A stretch of 63,763 nucleotides of DNA, counting the filler, from Hausera hauseri (taxonomy: Eukaryota), in assembly GCA_046269625.1 (NCBI GenBank). It is 10 parts of 10 records of this genome, joined end to end, with 100 filler letters (N's around TTAATTAATTAA, not from the genome) between each part and the next. Parts side by side here need not be neighbours in the genome. Positions count along the whole stretch, not along the records: positions 55,438 to 59,720 come from JBJURY010658552.1; positions 59,821 to 63,763 come from JBJURY010868739.1; 8 more parts are not named here. One strand, 5' to 3'. A program made the translations under genes and the position numbers. Positions within the stretch are counted from its first letter, which is position 1. Each line of letters opens with the position of its first letter. This document shows, in pieces, positions 56,261 to 63,763 of this stretch. Under the pieces are notes generated by a model. That model was not told where the DNA came from and ran no database searches. It was given only the letters and a program-made list of their open reading frames with translations.

Positions 56261-59200
56261 TGTAGGTTTTATTTGGTTAAAACAAATCCAAGAAATGAAG
56301 AAATAAATCCACAAGAAACAAGTTGTATTTAAACTTTAAAATTCTAAATTGATAAATCTATACAGAAAAATCAATTTTTAACCATGAAGCACATATATAT
56401 GTATACAAATGTTCATATATAAGAAAATAATCAAAATGTTAGAATAAAAGCATTACAATCTTAAAATCATTGATACAGGAGAAATCACAGATCCCGTGAT
56501 TGCATTGTAAATTACACATTCAGAAAGCAGCAATGAATTAAAAAAAACGATTTAAAATTTAAAGTCAGACAATGCTAGCAATACCTTTGAAGGTCTGTTC
56601 CTTGGTAAATATAGTTTTATTTCAATATTCTCATTGGCATCATCATCTGCCAAAACGATGATAGAAGAACAGCGACAAAACCCACGACTTTATTCTTATT
56701 TGAGAGTTCCCTGCTTTTCTGAATCACTGGATAAATAACATCTTTTCCTTTAAGTGAAATTTCAAAATCGACGACTGCTATATACATTCGAGCAGAATTT
56801 GGCGAGGATACAAGTTGTTTATCTAAATTTTTCTGTCGACTTGATTGCTTTTGATTGCTTTTACAAATCGTTCGAGCTAAATGCCACTGTCACACCATTT
56901 TCAGAAATTGCAGCTTTTGCGTCGCATAATCACATTGTGGGAAAATTCTCTCACCGATTCGACAGCCTCAAACAGTGCAGCCGCATCCTAGCCACTACAT
57001 CACCTTCTCCCCCCGCAGTGGCAAGACAAAAACTTTGAAGAGAAGAAAATGAATGGAAATTACAGTAGAAACAAGAAGAGCTTATACCTATTCGGTTTTG
57101 GTACGTGTTAGACGTTGGACTCCATCTGTGAACTTCTCCCTACTGTAAGTACTAAACGTCACATGACGTGATCTGTTAGTTATAACTGGTACTTGTGGAG
57201 TCGTTGGAGAGAGAGATACTGTGGATTTTGTGGTGCTGGAGGATGTTCCATGAGGCGGTGAAAGTGGAGAAGAAACTGAAAACGGAAAAAGATCACGCGA
57301 AGCAGACGAGATTGCAGAGGGCAGAGAATTGTGCGATGAAGGTGAAATGAATAGTGGATGTGCAGGCGATGACGGATAAGCAAATGGTGAAGGAGCACTG
57401 GAAGATGAAGGAAGTGAAGAAAACTGATTGTGACGCTATAGTGATGGCTGCGAAGGATTAAAATTATCAAGGACATTAGATGGTTGCTCGAGGGTAGAGA
57501 AGTTAGAGTTGGGATTTGAAACAATGCTGTTATTCTGGTCATCATCGATGAAGAAGGCTGGCTTAAGATTAGAAATTTGTACATTATGGGGTTGGTCCTT
57601 GCGTAAAATAGTGGCAGTGTGCGAAGAAAGATTAAGTAATTTGTAAGGTCCAACGTATTGAGGCCAAAAACCAGAATGTGACGGATCCTTCAACCATACA
57701 AACTTGGCTGAGTATATATCCTCTGGGATATAAGATTTGTCTTTGTTTATAAGACGGCAGAACGCATTCGAGTATACATCAGCAAAGTGGGACTGTGCTG
57801 CACGAATAACTTCATCTGATGGACTTTCGTCCAGATTGGAGAGCTCAAATAGTGCACGAACTGGTGTCCCAAAGAGAGCCTCAGCTGGAGCACAGCCTGT
57901 AGTGGTGGATGGCATGAGATGGCATGAGGTCCAGTTATGATTGTTGTTAGCCAGGATTTTTAAGGAAATCTTCATGGTATGATGAAATCTCTCGAGAAGA
58001 CCATTTGCTTGGGGATTGTACGGCGTCGTATGGAGATGGGCTATCTCCAAGTGCTTTACAAGAGATTTGAAAGATTAGCTTCAAATTGCGGACCCTGGTC
58101 CGTTATGATGTGACGTGGTGAACCAAAACGGTTGACCCATATTTTGATTAATGCATCTGCTACTGAGTCGGTGTTAGTTAATCGAGGCGGAACGGCTTCA
58201 GGCCAGCGGGAAGCACGATCCATCATGGATAAGATGTATTGATAAGCGTTGTTGGATGGCAAAGGACCGACAAGATCCAAATGCACAGTGTCAAAATGGG
58301 ACGTACAATGGAAGTGGTAAAGTGGTGGTTTTAGGTGTTTGTGGACCTTGTATTGCTGGCATGCTACACATCCCTTGACCCAGATCTGTACATCTGTACG
58401 CATAGTTGGCCATACAAAGTGGCGTAGCAGTAGTTGAAATGTGGCTTTTGGACCCGGATGATGAAGAGGGTGAAAGTGATTGAAATCTGTCTTTTGTAGC
58501 GATGTAGCAAGAATGATTTTCTTGTTGGTCGAGTTGGAAGTGTCGTAAGCGATGCCATCGATGATTTCAACATATTTAAAAGCTTGGGGAATGTCAGATC
58601 ATGGCTGGTTGCTTCTCAGGACCTCAGAGGAGAAAAGTGGCTGAACTGTAATTGGGTTAACCCACCGCGAAAGCAAATCCGCTACTAAATTTTCGGTGCC
58701 TGAAATATATTTCATGAAGAAACTAAACATCGACAGGTATGATATCTGTCGTTTTTGTCTGGGTGATGGCTGTTTCAAAGTCATTATATGAAGTAAAGGC
58801 TTGTGGTCGGTTTGGATGGTAAATTGACGTGAAAGAAGCAAGTGCTTGAAATGCTTTACCGCTAAAACCACAGCCAAAAGTTCACGATCGAATGTGGAGT
58901 ATCGGCTTTCCGGTTGCGTGAGCTTTCGGGAATATAACTCTAATGGTTCATTGACGCCATTGTATATTTGCTGTAATATCGCACCAGTTGCTGTGGTAGA
59001 GGCATCGGTAGTTAGTATTAATTCGGCGTTTGGTTTTGGAAAAGCCAAGATTTCCACAGTTTTCAGACCTTCACGAAGGCGATCAAATTGATTTACTAGA
59101 TCGGGAGTCCAATGGATTAATTGCCTTTTCTTCCCGGATGAGAGGTGTGCGAACGGTGCCGTTAGTTCGGAGCAGTGTGGCACGTATTTGTCTACGAAAT

Positions 59201-59720
59201 GCAATGTACCTGGAAAACTACGCATATCGGTAGTTGTAGTTGGCAACGTTACGTTTTTTATTTGTTGTAAGCGATCAGGCTGGGGCGAATGCCCTTCAGG
59301 AGTGATTATATGGCCTAAGAAGTTTACACTTTTCTGGAAGAAATTGCATTTGTCGAAATTAATTTGCAGGTTACTTTGATGCAATCTTTGGAAAACGATT
59401 TTAAGATGCTTATGATGTTGTTTTATTGAGCTGGAAGCGACTAATATGTCATCTATGTATGGGTGAGCAAAATCAAGTTCAGAAAGTACGGCATCAATGT
59501 GGCGCTGAAAGGTCTGAGATGCACTACGTAGGCCGAAAGGCATGAAGATATATTCATAAAGGCCAAACGGTGTGATGACAGCAGTTTTTGGAATGTCATC
59601 AGGCGCAACAGGGATTTGATGGTAGGTCTTGTGAAGATCAATAGTAGAATAAGTATTGGTGTTGCTGAGGCTATGAAGAATATCCTTAATGAGTGGTAGT
59701 GGATAGGCATCTGTAATAGT
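56261..59720 (-). mobile_element. CsRn1-like gypsy 3' half (RT, RNase H, IN; PPT at about 57001-57015; 3' LTR 56261-56999), inserted in PolB
   Basis: YIDDI, TDAS, TDHKPL, HLDLVGPLP, TDQGPQFE, NGLLERFH. On the minus strand GGGGGGAGAAGG precedes an LTR running TGTAG...CTACA. Confidence 0.9.
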
Positions 59721-59820
59721 NNNNNNNNNNNNNNNNNNNNNNNNNNNNNNNNNNNNNNNNNNNNTTAATTAATTAANNNNNNNNNNNNNNNNNNNNNNNN
59801 NNNNNNNNNNNNNNNNNNNN

Positions 59821-61770
59821 ATGTGGCGTTGGAATGTTTGACTTGCATTCCGTAAGCCGAAAGGCATGCGTAGGTACTCGAACAAACCAAAAGGCGTTAT
59901 TACAGCCGTTTTTGGAATGTCTTCGGTAGCTATTGGGATCTGGTGGCATGCCCTTTTCACATTGATTGCGTTGAATATTGCGGCACCATGTAGGCAATGC
60001 AATATGTCTGTTACCAACGGTATTGGGTATGAATCATGGATGGTGACGTTATTCAACATTCTGTAGTCACCACAAGGCCCGTATGATTCGTCCTTTTTAG
60101 AACCATGTGCAATGGTGATGCCCACGGTGATGTGGAGCGGCGTATGATGCCTGTTTCTTCGAGGTATCGGAATTCGGCTTCCGCAGCTGCTGTCTTTACA
60201 GGGTCAATTTCCCTCCGGGGTTGCCGAATTGGTCGGTCACATGATGTGACAAGAAAGTGTGATGTTTTCATCTCTTTCTGTGTTGATTGTGCTGAGCGTT
60301 TCAACAGGTTAGGTTATTGCGCTTCCAGCAATGGAGCAATGTCACTGGAATTTGTAATTTTGATATTCGTGACAGCGTTTATAGTTAGTGTGAATGCGGG
60401 TGGAGGTAGTGGATTGCTCCCGCTGGTGAGTGTTCATTTCGGCAATCAACTGTGAGATCGTAGTGATCTAGGAAGTCAGAAACAAGGATTGGTTGATTGA
60501 CATCGGCCAACATGAATGACCAAGCGTATGGTCGGCCTTGTAGGTGAAATTGTAGGTACAGTGTACCTGTTGTTAATATGCGCGTGCCATAGTCAGCTTT
60601 GAGTGATGCATGCAAGACCAGCGTATGTCTAGCGTATGCATTAGGTATCAGCTATAGAGCTGCACCAGTGTCGATTAAAAAATCGAGTTGTTTCGAGATG
60701 TCAGAGTGTAGTGGCTCCGTCTCGAGGGTAAAAATAGCATCGACAATGGGGTCGCGATTTGCATACGGCAGTTGTGGTGATTGGGTTTCCAGTCGACGTG
60801 CCGTTAGTCGTCTGGGCCCATTTAGTTTTTTGATGGCTTGTGAAATTTGCAGCCGGGTAGACAGATTTTTGCGTCTCTGACCAAAATAGTTGTGATAAAT
60901 GCAAGTGTCTTGCATTTTTACGTTTGCTGATGGCTTGTCGAATTGACAACCATGGTAACATTTGTAGGCGGATTTGTCAAATCGTGTGTGGAAATAACAA
61001 ATTTTGGAAAATTTGCCTTTCTTTCTCTTAGGGGATGGACGCCGAGATGACTGTTTGTCTCTGGCTGGCAGATTCTTGTGTGTTACAAGTGTCTGCAGTG
61101 CGGCGATAATGGTGTACAGCAGACTTTTTGGTTAACGTTACGGAGTGGATGTTTTTCGTCGGAGCGGATGCTACGGTACTTTCGTGCACTAATGTATTTT
61201 GTCGGCTTTTGATGATATATCGTCCAACGTGGTATCGAGCGGTAACAACATAAGTGCTGCTTGGATTTGGTTATGCAAAGTACTCAGGAAGTAGCGCCGT
61301 AGTATGTGCTGGTTGGAGTGGAAGTCCAACTCAGCATTGCTTAAGTGTGAGCATAATTTTTGCAACAAGTCAGAAGGTTTCATATTCCTTGTCTGTCGCT
61401 TGATGAAGACCAGGTTGAACTGGTCCTGTTGGGACGGCAGATATGCATTGCATATGGCTGTTTTGATTTTGTCGAACGGTTTTTCATCTGACAGTAGTGT
61501 GTCCTGATCCCTTATGACTGCGAGCGTTGTTGGCTGCAGGTATTGAGTTATTTTTAATGCCTTGTTTAGTTATCCGGTGATTCTGTATTGAGTAGCCCAT
61601 GTTTCAAACACATGGAACCACTTCTCTGGAGTTCCGTCCGAACCTATGAAGAAGGTGAGACATGGTAATTTGGGTGGTTTGGCCCGTGTTGCTAAAGCAG
61701 TTTCTGCTTTTTTGTCAGCGTAAGGTTATTTTATCCAACGGCACAAACCGACATTGTTCGGCTAGTTATG
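59821..61770 (-). mobile_element. CsRn1-like gypsy gag, PR and start of RT, decayed
   Basis: KPSDLL, two CHCC boxes, FLIDTGA, SPWASPLHMV, TPFGLFEY. Confidence 0.85.
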
Positions 61771-61774
61771 CCTT

Positions 61775-63763
61775 GATGAAACCTCATATTGATAAACATA
61801 ACGATGTATTAACGTTTTTTGAATTATTACGAGACAATAGACCACACACAATAGTCCACTTTGGTACTTTTGACCTGAATGCTATGGTAGAAACAGGAAT
61901 CAACGTTGCATTATTAGCAAAGCATGCAATTCCAAAAGAATTACAATCTCAAATAAAATTAGCTAATAAGGACTCACCTGGTACTACTTTGGCTTTTCAA
62001 CAATGCAGTAAACCTTATGGATACTGGAAAAGTGACCTATGTATTTTAGGACAAATAATTAAGATAACTTTCGATGTAATGAACACTTTGCATTTAAGAT
62101 GTATTTTAGGCATGAACGTGTTGCGCAAATTGGAAGGAGTACACATAAACTTACAATCAGGATCAATCTGTCCAAATAATGAAGATAAATCACCTAATTA
62201 CAACAAAAAAGATATCTGGATCGGACATGTTGAGAAAATACCACCCAATTTTCGAATGGTTATACATGCTAGAACAAATTTTTCAGACAACTGTGTTTTT
62301 GAATTTGTACCAAAAACTCTTCGAAATGTGCTCATATTACCACACTATAGTGTTAATGTAATTGGAGGAACTATTCCTGTAGAAGTTTTAAATCCAACCC
62401 CAAAATATGCCACGTTGTTCACAACAACAAAAATTGGACAGGCTCTTGAAACAACTCGTCGTGAGAATTACGATAACAAAGTCGCGACCGTCTCTAACAC
62501 AGAACAAGAAAACACCGAAGATATATTAAACGTTGTTCTCGCAAAAGCGAAGAAAAATCTATCAGATGAATATCTAGAAAACTTTTCAGACCTCATTTTT
62601 AGTATATTGCCTTTTTGCAAAGAATGAAACTGATATCGGACGAACTAATTTAGTCGAATTCAAATTATCATTTATGATTGACCCACTAACAGGAAAATAA
62701 ATAGATTTATTGCGACAACCAATACCAAAATGGTACCCTCCTCAAAAAGCGCTCCAAAAGGAAGTTGAGGAACAAATTCAAGCTATGCTAGATAAAGGCA
62801 TTACAGAACAAAGTCAATCACCATGGCCATCTCCCATAGTTATGGCCAAAAAAGCTAATACGACTAAACACCGCTTGTACGTGAATTACGTCACCTTGAA
62901 CAAACACTTAATGAATCATGCTTATCCGATCCATCGAATTCGAGAAATCATTGATGAATTAAAGGATTGTAAATATTTTACCACATTAGATTTACAAAGT
63001 GGATTTTGGCAAATTCATGTAGCAGAAGACCGGTGGAAAACCGCATTCAAGACACACACCGGAGTCTATCAATTCACTCGTATGCCATTTGGTCTAAAAA
63101 CTGCACCCACTTTCTTCCAGGAATTCATTCGTTTGGTACTAAAATGAGTACGAGGATTATCATATATTGATGACATTCTCATCGCATCCAAGACATGGTC
63201 TACTCATTTAACTGAATTAAAAAAAGTATTCGATTGAATTAGACTCGCGAAATTAAAGTTAAATCCGAAAAAATTTGAATGGTGCAGGAAAGAAGTTAGA
63301 TATATTGGATTTGTTATTTCCAACCAAGGAATTTCGACTAGTCCCTATTTGATATCCAAAATCTTAGAATACCCCCATCAACCAGTGTCCATGAAATGAA
63401 AGCTTGGTTAGGTCTGGGAGGATTTTATGCTACATTTATACCTGACTTTGCAGAAATTAATCAGCCTCAATATAAGCTCTTAAGAAAGGATCACAAATGG
63501 GGATGGACAGAAGAGAATCAAAATGCATTTGACGAGATCAAGAAACGAATGGTATCAGCACCGATATTGAGATACCCAGATTTCTCGTTATTATTTATTC
63601 TGAAAACCGATGCTAGCATAAAAGCTATTAATTATATATTAGCTTAGCAAGATCCAGAAGAAACAACAGAACGCGTAATTGCCTACGGAGGACAAAGCTT
63701 AAATAATGTAGAACGAAAATACTCAACCACTGAATTAGAGTTATTAGCTATTCGTGATAGATT
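61775..63763 (+). mobile_element. Gypsy pol fragment (PR, spacer, RT, RNase H), decayed, from a lineage other than CsRn1
   Basis: AMVETG, ILGMNVL, SPWPSPIVM, TLDLQSGFWQI, RMPFGL, YIDD, KTDAS, AYGG. Confidence 0.85.

Noticed and set aside
57135-57144. TCTCCCTACT as another Polinton tip
   Set aside because: It lies in the gypsy 3' region, corresponds to AGCAGGGAAA at about 20952 in the sister element, and has no TIR body.
4728-59820. Recurrent TTAATTAATTAA as a biological repeat, and synteny across contigs (for example one complete Polinton)
   Set aside because: It is an artificial linker inside N runs, so adjacency across it is uninformative.
1-63763. CRISPR arrays, rRNA/tRNA genes or prokaryotic operons
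   Set aside because: None seen. The content is eukaryotic mobile DNA, and tRNA similarity is limited to the PBS motifs.

Overview
This window is not one continuous locus. It is ten short eukaryotic (probably invertebrate) contigs joined by 100-nt N spacers that each contain TTAATTAATTAA, so gene order is meaningful only within a contig. Almost all of it is mobile DNA, mostly decayed. (1) Polinton/Maverick (adintovirus-like) fragments: protease, major capsid, core protein, two tandem pentons, integrase, three PolB pieces, packaging ATPase, dUTPase, and DEDD-like, RING and TBP-like genes, plus termini beginning AGTAGGGAGA. (2) Chapaev3, hAT and mellifera-type mariner transposons. (3) Several CsRn1/Boudicca-like Ty3/gypsy elements. 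(4) Intronless host-gene fragments (CHD/Mi-2, NOL10, NRPS A-T, Shep/RBMS), a (TTCG)n satellite and a teleost-like RTE fragment. The standout is the contig at 38675-51128, a Ty3/gypsy element with no internal stops. Its single polyprotein reads Gag(CCHC), ubiquitin-like, AT-hook, Bcl-2-like, signal peptide plus chuvirus-G/gB-like glycoprotein, PR, RT, RNase H, IN, then a second signal peptide and ectodomain. The two contig ends are the two termini of a Tc1/mariner-type insertion at a TA. Removing that insertion joins the 2993-aa ORF in frame to the 249-aa ORF at the start of the contig, giving about 3263 aa ending in a furin site, FN3-like domain and TM. A separate ISG20/REX4-like exonuclease ORF follows. 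All family assignments come from reading motifs by eye; no database searches were run.
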